Sequence record: PP856017.1
Length of the DNA: 64,000 nt
Strand: one strand, 5' to 3'
Shown here: positions 37,201 through 46,588 of the stretch, one piece after another
How positions within the stretch are numbered: position 1 is the first letter of the stretch
Layout of the letters: the number at the start of each line of letters is the position of its first letter
The notes under the pieces: generated by a model
Database searches by the model: none
The model's input: the letters and a program-made list of their open reading frames with translations, nothing else
What the model was told of the DNA's origin: nothing
Position numbers and translations under genes: made by a program

Positions 37201-38670
37201 CTCGGTGAGGTTCGAAAGACGCCGATACTCAGCAGCAGTCAAAAGACCCGCTTCAGCGAGAACGCCGATACGATCTTTCGTCTTATGTTCGTAAGGACGC
37301 GTGTCGTCAACTGCCAGAGGCAAGACTTCACCCGTGACAGGATTCACGATATCCTTCGACTCTTCAGAACTGTTGAGCTTTTCCAACTCAGCGAGATCGG
37401 CATCGATCATCGCGTTGATGTCTTCGGTGATTTCGAACCTGGAGGAATCTTCATCCTCGTGCTCAGTAAGCTTGGCTGCATTGCGAAGAAGTTCTTCGCT
37501 AGATTTCACCTCGGGCCCTTTTAAGTTCGAGGATGAGACCGTTGAGTCCGCCAGGTCCACGTCTTTTTTTACGGCAATTTCCTCCTCGTCTTCAGCATCG
37601 GGAGTCGTTGCCTCTTCACCTTCCGGAATTTCTTCAGGTACTTCCTTGCCGAGCAGCGCTTCAGCTTTTTGCTGAGCGATGTCCTTGGGAGCCACCAGTT
37701 TGTCCGAAGCCGCTGCGTTCGCATCGATTGCCGAAACCGAGCGTGCCGACATCAGGACCATGTACATGCGCAGAATGTACTTCTGCAGCTGTTTGTTGTT
37801 GTACGAGACGCTATCGATCTTGCGAACGTCCTTGGCTTGCATCTTGCCAGTCTTAACGTCCTGCTTGACCTGATCGTGGTATGCCTCGTTCACCGACTTC
37901 TGCCAGTAATAGAGACGCTCCAGATTCACTGCGACCCATTGATTCGAGTCTTCGATGATCAGGTTGATGTAGCGATAGTTCTTCGGCTCGATACGATCGA
38001 AGATGCTCTTGGGTTTCTGGCCGTCATCACCAGGCTCAGCCAGGAACTTCCACAACTCCAACAGGAAACGTGCACCGTCGGTGTGGAAGATCTTCAGCGA
38101 GTTCTGATCCATGTTCCTGCTGGCATTGTTCAGGCGACTGATTGCCGGCAGAACTTCAGGAGTCTTGACGATGAGCCACTGGTTACGTTGGGAAACGGTA
38201 GCGGCTCGATTCATCTCGCTGGTGACTGTGTGCATCAGGTCAACCCACGAGTTGTAATCCGCATAGAGCGATCGGATGTACTTGTAGTTGTGGTGAACCA
38301 CTGCGTAGTTCGCGACCACCATCGTCTTCACGTCCTTAGGCATCTTCTCGATGTCCAGGAGCTTACGGAAGCGGCGATTGCGAACGAAGTAACCACGCAG
38401 GATAGGGTTCGAGTCGAACGTCACGCGCCGCGGCTCATGCGGTGGGTCGATCAGCTTGAGTGGCGTGTAGATCAGAATCGGTTTCGTGATGCCTTTGAAG
38501 AGCGGGTGGTCTGAACCCGGTCCGACATCGATCTTACTCTCTGCAACATAATGCAAGAGCGAGTTTTGTGGCAACTCCAGATCCTGGAGCACCGAGACGA
38601 TCGGGGCGACCAACTGGCCACCCTTACGAATCATCCTCGCCCTCTCAAAGTTCTGATAAAGAAGGTTCAT
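34219..38670 (-). CDS. Virion RNA polymerase beta-like subunit, N-terminal part (phiKZ gp178-like)
   Basis: 1483 aa; TFTGAGGR, EATKDSGEVG, FISIQHEH, EDA, GVGDKIV (rpoB-like) motifs. Confidence 0.9.
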   Translation of the reverse strand: MNLLYQNFERARMIRKGGQLVAPIVSVLQDLELPQNSLLHYVAESKIDVGPGSDHPLFKGITKPILIYTPLKLIDPPHEPRRVTFDSNPILRGYFVRNRRFRKLLDIEKMPKDVKTMVVANYAVVHHNYKYIRSLYADYNSWVDLMHTVTSEMNRAATVSQRNQWLIVKTPEVLPAISRLNNASRNMDQNSLKIFHTDGARFLLELWKFLAEPGDDGQKPKSIFDRIEPKNYRYINLIIEDSNQWVAVNLERLYYWQKSVNEAYHDQVKQDVKTGKMQAKDVRKIDSVSYNNKQLQKYILRMYMVLMSARSVSAIDANAAASDKLVAPKDIAQQKAEALLGKEVPEEIPEGEEATTPDAEDEEEIAVKKDVDLADSTVSSSNLKGPEVKSSEELLRNAAKLTEHEDEDSSRFEITEDINAMIDADLAELEKLNSSEESKDIVNPVTGEVLPLAVDDTRPYEHKTKDRIGVLAEAGLLTAAEYRRLSNLTEKYKTIPHPFGGKGTLVDAMEIHPDEIKVDTKHVVAPNAVVVDESMLHSSIEKSQQTYIKHTLNKHVLKMITHVQSANVMLDHLEVERTETIQGSNNNFVARIVPVEGAPTTLRFPIPEIQEDGTYTANGVKYAMRNQRGDFPIRKVAPNRVAITSYYGKFFIYRSRKAVNDYQQWLINEVMSLGFDNSIDIVTDVKTANVFHMDIKAPRSISALAHQIKEFTLKTTEGESFVFHLDLSKIDENFNMAVVQPWIDKGFVPIAISDKRKIIYYEGDSFYLISGEAVKPLGEMEEILGLDMSGMPAEFVEIKIAGKYVPIGMILAWDYGLTELIKRLKIKTRRVPVGTRTQQQPDEVALVFSDETLLFSKNDRLACLLLGGFQEFRRIIRGFSITDFDQPGVYQNVLDTTGGGTRVLREITLARDMFVDPITKDVLLQLKEPTDFMGILVFATELLLDDMHRPELDMSEMRIKGYERIAGAVYQELVKSMRSHNARPGKSRYPIEMKPFAIWQSLAEDPSIVVVKDINPIANLKMREEVTFTGAGGRSKDTMTAATREYGKNDIGIISEATKDSGEVGINTYMAPNPQLTNTLGMPVPPKEKDLSMSSIFSSSVLASPGATRDDMKRMGFISIQHEHGVAVNGQMENILSTGYDRVIPHRTSELFAVTAKQKGTVKEITDHGITVQYADGTTKGYPLGRQYGENAGMTIPHTLVTNLKAGAKFTEGDAITFNKGFFKPDTLNPRQVVWCNGTYAHFALCEPADVIEDASVIAQELADMLMTEQTKQRTIIVKFTQEIARLIKTGDAVKYDDVLCIIQDEITSGLDLYDEADIDSLKALGSQAPKAKYDGVVERIEVFYRGDKEDMSESIKKIVSASDREIAHRRKSANKTVVTGAVDEGFKVKGNSIPLDSVAIRIYITGPEPAGVGDKIVLVNQLKSIIGKVIKEPMKAQDGTKILGRFSYTSIARRIVNSPDISGTTTAILMKGAELVVAAYDS

Positions 38671-38681
38671 GAAAAGTCCTG

Positions 38682-40298
38682 TTAGCGAGTCAGGTTGAAG
38701 CAGACGAGTTTCGCCGTATCAACCACCGCAGAAGCGATGAGCCGACCCTTCGGATCGACATAGGCAATTTTCTTTTTGAAGAGATCGTTCACCTCTTTGA
38801 CGCCCTCATCAGTGTAGAGCGCATTGGCCGAAGACGTATCGCCATCGAAGTCTGCATTGAGCAGCGCGAGGCGAATCATGTTCGGGCAGATGGTGTTGAT
38901 GAAGGCTTCGCCACGAATCGGGAAAGACATCACGTAGTCTGCTTCGTGACGTTCCCAATTGTCGTCCAACACCCAACGCTTTTCGCTGTTGGTGGTCGTC
39001 TTGATATACCCGATAGACGGATAGATCGAACCCAGAGATGCGACGGGATAACGCGTCACAAACAATGGGAGGGTACTCAGTTTTTTAACTACAGACAGAT
39101 AGATCAGTTCTGCGTAGGTAGCAGGACTGACGTTCGTCTTGTCCAGTGTCTCGGGCAACTCACCGATGTCTTGTAGCAGTCGAACCGTTTGGTCCGGACC
39201 ACGATAGACCAGAGCCAGGAAGTGGTTACCCACCATCGCAGGCTTGTGTCGCATCTCTACGTTCTGGAAGAGCGAGAAGAGCTTATCGATGCCTTCGTCA
39301 CTGAAGAACTTGTCCCAGTCGTCGGGCTTCAGCTGTACGTTCTCACTCTTGTACGTGTTCTTGTTTACCAGCCGGACAGGCGAGCCCGGTCCGTTGTGAA
39401 CTTTGGAGAGGAAGTTGTTTTTGAATTCGAAGATGGCCACAGGCCGGCATGCCCGGATTGCCTGGTAGAGACCATAGACCGTGTGGTTCGGGCCGATGTT
39501 GCCAGGGTCGCCGAGTTCAGTGATCCCTTCATCCAGAGGCGAGATAACATTTCGCGTACCGTCTGCAATGTGACGAGAAGCCCACTTACCGAGAACGAGT
39601 TTCCGTTTACCGGAGATCAGGTTCTTCAGGTTCTCGTAGATTTCGTTGAACGTCATCTGCAACTTAAAGCGTGCAGCATCCGACACATCTCGGTCAGCAG
39701 CCTTGCCATCGCCTGGAATGGTGTTAGCCACCATCAGTAAGCGACGATAGATCTTGTTGATTTCGTCTTCTTCACTACGACCATCTTCGCCCATCTGCAA
39801 GTCACGCATGGACGCAGGAATCACCATGACCTTATCGGTCAGGGCCACATGCTTGTAGTTGACGATGAGCTTCTGAGCTTCCATCTTCTCAGGAGACTTG
39901 GTCGGTTGCAGCTTGATGTCCTTCCAATGCTGCATGAAGAAACGAAAACCGGTTTTACCATTGATCGGGTCGCTCGGAATGAAATCACCTTCCTTATCAT
40001 CCCACACAGCGTAGCCCTTACCTGCGACGATGTCGAGGTAGAGATGTTTGTTACCCACCAGCGCGTTAAAGAACGCCGGATGGAAAATAAGCGTCTTGAC
40101 GTTGATGTAGCTGAATTTCTCAGCACGCATTTCCTCACCGACCTTACCGAAGATCAGTGTGGAAAACAGTCCATCAGGGTGAAAATTGATCCCGGAGTTG
40201 TCGAAGATATCCAGTGCCGTGACGGGCCGCAGGTTCTTCAGACGTTCATCCTTTGGATCAAGAATCTTGATATTAAAAGGTACATTGATAGGCTTCAC
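38682..40298 (-). CDS. Virion RNA polymerase beta'-like catalytic subunit (phiKZ gp180-like)
   Basis: NADFDGD catalytic motif; HPDGLFSTLIFG, TRYP; GTG start with AAGGA RBS. Confidence 0.95.
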   Translation of the reverse strand: MKPINVPFNIKILDPKDERLKNLRPVTALDIFDNSGINFHPDGLFSTLIFGKVGEEMRAEKFSYINVKTLIFHPAFFNALVGNKHLYLDIVAGKGYAVWDDKEGDFIPSDPINGKTGFRFFMQHWKDIKLQPTKSPEKMEAQKLIVNYKHVALTDKVMVIPASMRDLQMGEDGRSEEDEINKIYRRLLMVANTIPGDGKAADRDVSDAARFKLQMTFNEIYENLKNLISGKRKLVLGKWASRHIADGTRNVISPLDEGITELGDPGNIGPNHTVYGLYQAIRACRPVAIFEFKNNFLSKVHNGPGSPVRLVNKNTYKSENVQLKPDDWDKFFSDEGIDKLFSLFQNVEMRHKPAMVGNHFLALVYRGPDQTVRLLQDIGELPETLDKTNVSPATYAELIYLSVVKKLSTLPLFVTRYPVASLGSIYPSIGYIKTTTNSEKRWVLDDNWERHEADYVMSFPIRGEAFINTICPNMIRLALLNADFDGDTSSANALYTDEGVKEVNDLFKKKIAYVDPKGRLIASAVVDTAKLVCFNLTR

Positions 40299-40326
40299 AC
40301 TGAATCCTTAACGGAGTAATCGAGGT

Positions 40327-43300
40327 ATGGCGTCTAAAAAGAAAGGCGGGCGCAACGATTTCGATTTCGATAGCGATCTTGACTTTGACATTCCGGACTT
40401 CGGGGGTGATAACCCCGAAGCCGTGAAGAAGGATCGTAAACCGATTGCTACTGGCATGAAGTCAGCGGCAGCAGGGTTTGGCAAGACGTTTGCCAACGAG
40501 GCGCGTCTTCGCAAGACCCTGACGAAATCATTGCCCAAAGAGTATGAAGAGCCGATCTCGAAAGCATTCGAGATCAAAGACGGGGCAAGGGATCTATACA
40601 ATACCACTGCGACCCAGGCTGGCGAAATCCTTCGCGAGACCAAACGCTCGGTCGGGCGGATTGCAAGAAACCTGGACTCAGCTTTACCCAAAAAACTGTC
40701 TGACAAGCTCAAAGCTTGGGGCGACTCGGCGGATTCGGATTCATCCGGATCCATGTCGAAAAGCGAAATCGAGCAAGGCACGATCGACTCTGCCTTCGCC
40801 TCCATCTTCGCTCAGACTCAGCAAGCTCAAGCTGACAATCAGAAGAAGCAGGATGCTAAAGCGATCATTCAGGATCAGATCGACACCAAGCGTCATAAGG
40901 ACATGACTCAAATCCTGGGCTCGATCGACAACTCCCTGTTGTCGCTTACGACCTTCCAGGACAAGATCTCCACCAACTACATGAAGAAGTCCCTGGAGCT
41001 TCAGTTCCGTTCGTACTTTGTACAGAACGATATGCTGCAGCTGCAAGTGAAGTTCTTCGACCAGTTCAAGACCGATCTGCAAGCGATCACGAAGAACACG
41101 GGCCTGCCCGATTATGTCAAGAAGGCACCGAAAGAAGCCCTGATGGAACTCATGCGTCAAAAGACGTTTGATTCCCTCGCCAGCACCCTCTCGCGCAAAC
41201 GCAGCCAGTGGATGTCAGGCGTCTTCAAAAAAGCCGGCAAGAAGGTCACAGACGTCCTAGGCAATGTGCGTGAAGGCCTGAGTACCGTACTGGATACAGC
41301 AGAGAGCGGTACATCAATGTACGGCTCTGGCATGGGTCCTTCAGGTGCCGAAATGGCAGGCGACCTCGTAGGAGGATTCGCCGGCGGTAAAGCACAGGAC
41401 GCAATTGCCAAACGCATCAGAGCAGCGATGCTCAAGAACCCCAAAGCCGTGAAGCATGGCAACAAACTCGCTCAAGTCTTTGGTGGTCTGCCTCAATGGG
41501 TAGGCAACGAACTGGAGAACGGCAAATACGCCGACAAGATTCCCGAGTGGCTCAAGGAAATTCTCAAGCCCGAAGGAGAATCCTCTTCAGTTAACCTCTC
41601 AAGAGAAGTCGATCTCGATCGCGCAGCCAGATGGTCAGAGAAATCTGCCCGGTCTCTTAACATCGTGATCCCGGATCTGCTCTCCAAGATCCACCACGAA
41701 CTCTACGTTAGCCGCACCGGAGACGTGAAATCAAAACCCCTCGCATACGACTATGAGAAGGGTAAGTTCGTACAGAATAAAGATCGCCAGTCCCAACTGG
41801 CAGATACGATTGTTTCCGGTAAGACCAAGGAAGCAACCAAACATCAGATCGATTCGATCTTTAAAGAGATCGATCCTGAAGGCACCAAGATCCATCCGAA
41901 AGCAAGACAAGCCATAGCGGAAAGGATCTACGGAGCTAACAAGGATAACGTATACTTCAATCGTGAGAACATGCTATCGCATAGAGTGATAGGAGACCAC
42001 GATGGAGCGCGTGAAGCGATCCAGGAGTATATCGAAAAGGATCCCTCGGGTGCCAATGAAAGACGTCTGTCAAGGATGTTTGGAAATGTGGGAGCACATA
42101 ACGGGGAAGTCAAAGACGTAGTACAGAGTCTCATCGATCAGGGTCGCCATGGTGAGTTGGCAGACATGGGAATCCTGGATCTGAAGACTGGCCGGATCAA
42201 TATGGACATGATCCGGAAGATGGAGTTGGGGCATGGTTTTGGGGGTGGAAATAAAACACCCAATCGGCCGCAAACCCATACTGGGCAAGGGATTGAGGGG
42301 GGAGGGGCCGCTGGAGAGGACACGATTTTCTCAGCGTTCGGAAACATCTTCTCAGGCGGGAATGTCAAAGCCTTTGCCAAGGGCGGAGTCTTCTCCAACA
42401 AGGTGGTTAATCGTCCCACTGCCTTCCCGATGAAGAACGGCAAGACCGGTGTCATGGGTGAAGCCGGACCTGAAGCCATCATGCCTCTCTCACGAGATGA
42501 GAAGGGTCGTCTTGGTGTGAAGGTTGCCAAGGGTAAAACGGAAAAGGTCGTTGAAGAAATTCGCGACATCCTCAAACGCTTCGAAGCGAAAGGCTTCGGT
42601 GGCGGCATGATGGATCCTGAAATGTTGGAAGCCTACCTCTCGGGTAAGGTGCAAGACGCGAAGGGCTTCTTCGGTCGTGGTGGAGCACTCGCCAGGAAGG
42701 GTGTGTTCGGAGCAGGTAAGGCTCTGTGGACGGGAGCTAAAAACTCTTTCGACAGAACCAAGCGTATGGGCAAGACACTCACCGGTTGGGCCACATCGGG
42801 TGGGAGTTCTGCTCTTGACTGGCTCGGTAAACAGAAAGACAAGTTCGATCTGTATATCGGCAATGAAGTCGAGCCTCGTCTGTCCAGGGCCAAGCTGGAG
42901 GCAGGCAAGTACATCGACGAAGCGACCGGTAAGGTCATTGAGAAGTACGAAGACATCAAGGGCAATGTTAAAGACATTGACACGGGTGAGATCGTCCTGA
43001 GAGCGAGTGAGCTTAAGGATGGTATCCTCAAGAACTTTGAGACGGGTAAGTCCGTTCTCCTGAGGTTGACTGGCTGGGGTAAGTCGGCTATCAAGACCTC
43101 GATGGATAGGCTCAAGAAGACTATCGCTACTGCCACGGGTTTCAGTAAGTCCGTCTATGGTCTCGCCTGGACTGGCGTGAAGAAAGCCTATGAGCAGCTG
43201 ACCGATGCTCCTCAAGACGTGTATCTGAAAGACCAGTATGAGACGCCTGTTCTTTTGAAGCGGATCATGGAGCAAGGTCTGTACTTTGACAAAGCGACGC

Positions 43301-46300
43301 TCGATCCGATCACCAAGGTGAGTCAGATCAAGGGTCCTGTTGTTGACAATGAAGAAAACGTCCTTATCACCAAGGAAGACTTGGCCCGAGGTCTGTACGA
43401 CAAGGAAGGTAAGGAGATCAAGACTGGCTTTGACAAGATTGCCCAATTCGTTGGGAACTCTATCAAGGGTACGCTTGCGACTTATAAGAAGATCCTGGGT
43501 AAAGGCAAAGACCTGGGGATGAAGGCTATGGGTTGGCTCAAGGGCCTCTTTGGTTTCGACTCACCCTTCACCGTCTTCTCTAGCCGTACGAATGACATTC
43601 TGACGGCAATGTATGCCATGTTGAATGATCGCCTGCCGGGCGAGCGTTCTCCTGAACTCGATTCAATGATTGGCAAGTCTGGTAGTGGTAGCACGGGTCA
43701 GACTGTCAAGAAAGCAGGTAAGGCTGCGACTGCGTTCAAGCAAGGCTTCATGAGCCGTTGGCGCAAAGGTAAAGATCAGGCACAGGGTAAACTCGATGAA
43801 CTCAAGGAGCGGTTGCCTGGAGACATCGATCGGGCCAAACATATGGCACGCGAAGCACATCGCGATGCCTCTGACAAAGTCAACGAATGGAAGGATGAGC
43901 ACTGGGATCCGGCAGAGCAGGCAGTACGTGAAAAGCTTGGTCGTGGTAAAGACCGAGTAGTTGACGGATTGCATGCGGTTGTCGACACTCTGCGTGAGCG
44001 TCTGCCCGATAAGAAAGCCAAGCTGGAAGGCGATAGCGATGGTGACGGAGTTCGCGATGGTAGCATCGACGATATCCGTAAGAAACGCGCTGCTGCCAAG
44101 GCTGAGAAAGAAAAGGAAAAAGAAGAAGCTGAGAAGACTGCTGAAAAGGGCAGCTCCAAGGGTGCTTTTGCAGCACTGGCCAGTTTCTTCAAAAAGAAAA
44201 AGGGCGAAGACGATGAGAAGGATGATGATCATTCTCTCCTCGGGGACATCCTCGGTAGCGGTGGTGGAAAGGAAGTCGAGAAAGAAGGTGGCAAAGTAGC
44301 CAAAAAGGCAAGCCGCTGGAGCAAGATGATGCCAAAAGGCAAGGGTATCGGCTCAAGACTTCTGCGTGGTGGGATGAAAGTAGCAGGTGGTGCAGCCAAA
44401 CTCGGACTTAAGTTCGGTGGCGCACTACTGGGAGGGGGTCTCCTGAGCGCTGAGACGCTCTTAGGCGGGCTCTCACTGGTAGGTAGTGCCTTGGGTATGG
44501 CTGGCACTGCGCTCGCCGCTGTGGTCTCCTCACCCGTCACTGTACCTTTGTTGCTGGCAGCTGGTGTTGGAGCTGCAGGTTACTTTGCGTACAAGTGGTT
44601 GACCAAACCCGATCCGCAACCAATCGAAAAAGTACGTCTCGTTCAGTATGGCTTTAAGGCCAACGACACCGATGCGTACAAGAAGATGAAATCCCTGGAG
44701 CAACAGCTCGCAGGTGCAGTCGTCTTCAAGGGCGAAAATGCTGAGTTCGATCCGAAAAAGGTCGATCTCCAAGCTGCCATGAAAATCTACGGGCTTGACC
44801 CGTCCAGTAAATCGGATGCAACCAAGTTCGTTGCCTGGTTCGCAAACCGTTTCCGTCCGATCTATCTCCTTCACCGGGCATTGATCAAGACGTCGCAGTC
44901 TCCTAAGCCATTGGAAGATGTTGACTCGAATAAGCCTGACTTCAAGAAGTCGTATCTGGAGCAGTGCTCGTTCCCGGGCGATCATTACAACATCCCAACG
45001 AACCCCATCAAGGACAAAGACTATCTGCCGAGCTCGAAGTTCTCAGTCGACCAGCAGATCAAGATTGCCCTGGATGAGGTGGCTAAGGAAGGAACGAAGA
45101 AAGAAGACAATAAGGGTGCTGCCGCTCCTGCCGCTGCTGGTGGTGTAGCTGCTGCAGCCATGGCCAAGAATGAGGCCGACAAGAAGAAGTTCGAAGAAGA
45201 TCAAAAGAAGAACAATGCGAATCTGACGCCGATGCAGAAGGACCCCAAGCACGACGTCGATAAGCAACAGGCATTTAACCGTTTGCAGGCAGCAACTGTA
45301 GGCGCTAACGCGGCTCCTGGCGGCCCTGGTCGTGCACCTGGGGATCCGGTCACCGGTCCTTCTGGCCCCAATGGTCAGGCGAAACCTGCCAAGTCTAAAC
45401 CGGGCGTCAAGCCGATGTCGGGCGCTGCAGAACTCGTCAAGCAAACGTTATTGAAAGACATGCCGAAGTACGGGATTACTTCCCCGAACCAGCAAGCTGC
45501 CCTCCTGGGCAATATCGAACATGAGTCGGGTTTCCAACCCATCTCTGAGAACCTGAATTACAAGCCCAGCCAGCTGATGAAACTGTGGCCTAACCGTTTC
45601 CCTACGGAAACGCAGGCTCAGCAAGTCGCCTCCCAAGGCCCGCAAGGTATTGCGAACAATATCTACGGTGGTCGGATGGGCAATACGGATGCCAACGATG
45701 GTTGGGATTACCGTGGGCGTGGACCTCTCCAGATTACTGGTAAGAGCAACTACGCTGCGGTATCGAAAGCGATGGGTAAAGACATCGTGAACGATCCGGA
45801 CAAGTTGATTACCGATCCCCAAGCTGCTGCTGACTCGGCTCTTGCCTACTGGAAGTTGAACCCTGCCCTCGGTAAAAATGCCGACGCTGGAAACTTCCAG
45901 AAAGTTCGACAGATGATCAACGGTGGTGGGATTGGCGCTGACGACGCGAATGCTCGTGTCCAAAGCTACCTGGATAAGATCAAAAACGGTGAGCTCAGTG
46001 TTGGTGGTTCGTCAAGTGGTGCAGGTGGTACGGTCACTCCTACGGGAATGGTCGATTCGCCTAAACCCTCGACGCCTAACAGCATTGATAATAACCCGAA
46101 TACGGGACCGGTTCCGGACGCTTACAAGCAAGCTGGTAAAGCGACGTCCAGTACCTCTCCTGCGCAGCTCGTGTCTTCTCCCCGTCCTTCGTTCGATTCG
46201 AGCGCAGGTGGTGGTAGCCCGCTTACGTCGTCGAGTCCTGCCCCGTCGCAGAACTCCTTCGTGCGTCAGAATACACAGCTCAACACTGGCGATTCCATGG

Positions 46301-46515
46301 ACATCATGAAGCAAGGTCTCAAGGAATCCCAATCACAGACTGCATTGCTCAGCCGTATTGCGGATAGCATGGATAAGCTCACTGCTGCTTTGACTCAAGG
46401 CGGTGGTGCACCAGCAGCTCCTGCAGCACCCACTGAGCAGAATAACTACGGCAAGCCTGCCGCTCCCATGACGGCGCCGTCATTGGGATTCCGTCGCACA
46501 CTTGCTGGAGCATAA
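40327..46515 (+). CDS. Tape-measure/tail lysozyme protein (phiKZ gp181-like) with GH19 domain
   Basis: 2062 aa; N-term DLDFDIPDF; GH19 motifs HESG.F...ENLNY, YRGRGPLQITGKSNY; lambdoid TMP motif FAKGG...GEAGPEAIMPL. Confidence 0.88.
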   Translation: MASKKKGGRNDFDFDSDLDFDIPDFGGDNPEAVKKDRKPIATGMKSAAAGFGKTFANEARLRKTLTKSLPKEYEEPISKAFEIKDGARDLYNTTATQAGEILRETKRSVGRIARNLDSALPKKLSDKLKAWGDSADSDSSGSMSKSEIEQGTIDSAFASIFAQTQQAQADNQKKQDAKAIIQDQIDTKRHKDMTQILGSIDNSLLSLTTFQDKISTNYMKKSLELQFRSYFVQNDMLQLQVKFFDQFKTDLQAITKNTGLPDYVKKAPKEALMELMRQKTFDSLASTLSRKRSQWMSGVFKKAGKKVTDVLGNVREGLSTVLDTAESGTSMYGSGMGPSGAEMAGDLVGGFAGGKAQDAIAKRIRAAMLKNPKAVKHGNKLAQVFGGLPQWVGNELENGKYADKIPEWLKEILKPEGESSSVNLSREVDLDRAARWSEKSARSLNIVIPDLLSKIHHELYVSRTGDVKSKPLAYDYEKGKFVQNKDRQSQLADTIVSGKTKEATKHQIDSIFKEIDPEGTKIHPKARQAIAERIYGANKDNVYFNRENMLSHRVIGDHDGAREAIQEYIEKDPSGANERRLSRMFGNVGAHNGEVKDVVQSLIDQGRHGELADMGILDLKTGRINMDMIRKMELGHGFGGGNKTPNRPQTHTGQGIEGGGAAGEDTIFSAFGNIFSGGNVKAFAKGGVFSNKVVNRPTAFPMKNGKTGVMGEAGPEAIMPLSRDEKGRLGVKVAKGKTEKVVEEIRDILKRFEAKGFGGGMMDPEMLEAYLSGKVQDAKGFFGRGGALARKGVFGAGKALWTGAKNSFDRTKRMGKTLTGWATSGGSSALDWLGKQKDKFDLYIGNEVEPRLSRAKLEAGKYIDEATGKVIEKYEDIKGNVKDIDTGEIVLRASELKDGILKNFETGKSVLLRLTGWGKSAIKTSMDRLKKTIATATGFSKSVYGLAWTGVKKAYEQLTDAPQDVYLKDQYETPVLLKRIMEQGLYFDKATLDPITKVSQIKGPVVDNEENVLITKEDLARGLYDKEGKEIKTGFDKIAQFVGNSIKGTLATYKKILGKGKDLGMKAMGWLKGLFGFDSPFTVFSSRTNDILTAMYAMLNDRLPGERSPELDSMIGKSGSGSTGQTVKKAGKAATAFKQGFMSRWRKGKDQAQGKLDELKERLPGDIDRAKHMAREAHRDASDKVNEWKDEHWDPAEQAVREKLGRGKDRVVDGLHAVVDTLRERLPDKKAKLEGDSDGDGVRDGSIDDIRKKRAAAKAEKEKEKEEAEKTAEKGSSKGAFAALASFFKKKKGEDDEKDDDHSLLGDILGSGGGKEVEKEGGKVAKKASRWSKMMPKGKGIGSRLLRGGMKVAGGAAKLGLKFGGALLGGGLLSAETLLGGLSLVGSALGMAGTALAAVVSSPVTVPLLLAAGVGAAGYFAYKWLTKPDPQPIEKVRLVQYGFKANDTDAYKKMKSLEQQLAGAVVFKGENAEFDPKKVDLQAAMKIYGLDPSSKSDATKFVAWFANRFRPIYLLHRALIKTSQSPKPLEDVDSNKPDFKKSYLEQCSFPGDHYNIPTNPIKDKDYLPSSKFSVDQQIKIALDEVAKEGTKKEDNKGAAAPAAAGGVAAAAMAKNEADKKKFEEDQKKNNANLTPMQKDPKHDVDKQQAFNRLQAATVGANAAPGGPGRAPGDPVTGPSGPNGQAKPAKSKPGVKPMSGAAELVKQTLLKDMPKYGITSPNQQAALLGNIEHESGFQPISENLNYKPSQLMKLWPNRFPTETQAQQVASQGPQGIANNIYGGRMGNTDANDGWDYRGRGPLQITGKSNYAAVSKAMGKDIVNDPDKLITDPQAAADSALAYWKLNPALGKNADAGNFQKVRQMINGGGIGADDANARVQSYLDKIKNGELSVGGSSSGAGGTVTPTGMVDSPKPSTPNSIDNNPNTGPVPDAYKQAGKATSSTSPAQLVSSPRPSFDSSAGGGSPLTSSSPAPSQNSFVRQNTQLNTGDSMDIMKQGLKESQSQTALLSRIADSMDKLTAALTQGGGAPAAPAAPTEQNNYGKPAAPMTAPSLGFRRTLAGA

Positions 46516-46524
46516 GCGAAAGAG

Positions 46525-46554
46525 ATACACGAGAGGCGACGGCCTCTCGTGTAT
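46525..46554 (+). terminator. Hairpin with TATG at 46557
   Basis: ATACACGAGAGGC-GACG-GCCTCTCGTGTAT. Confidence 0.75.
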
Positions 46555-46588
46555 TTTATGATCTGTATTTTCCAATTTAGGAGTCACG

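Noticed and set aside
43650-45400. Low-complexity K/E/A/G/P tracts in the tape-measure protein as tandem repeats
   Set aside because: Compositional bias without a periodic DNA repeat unit; ordinary for this protein class.
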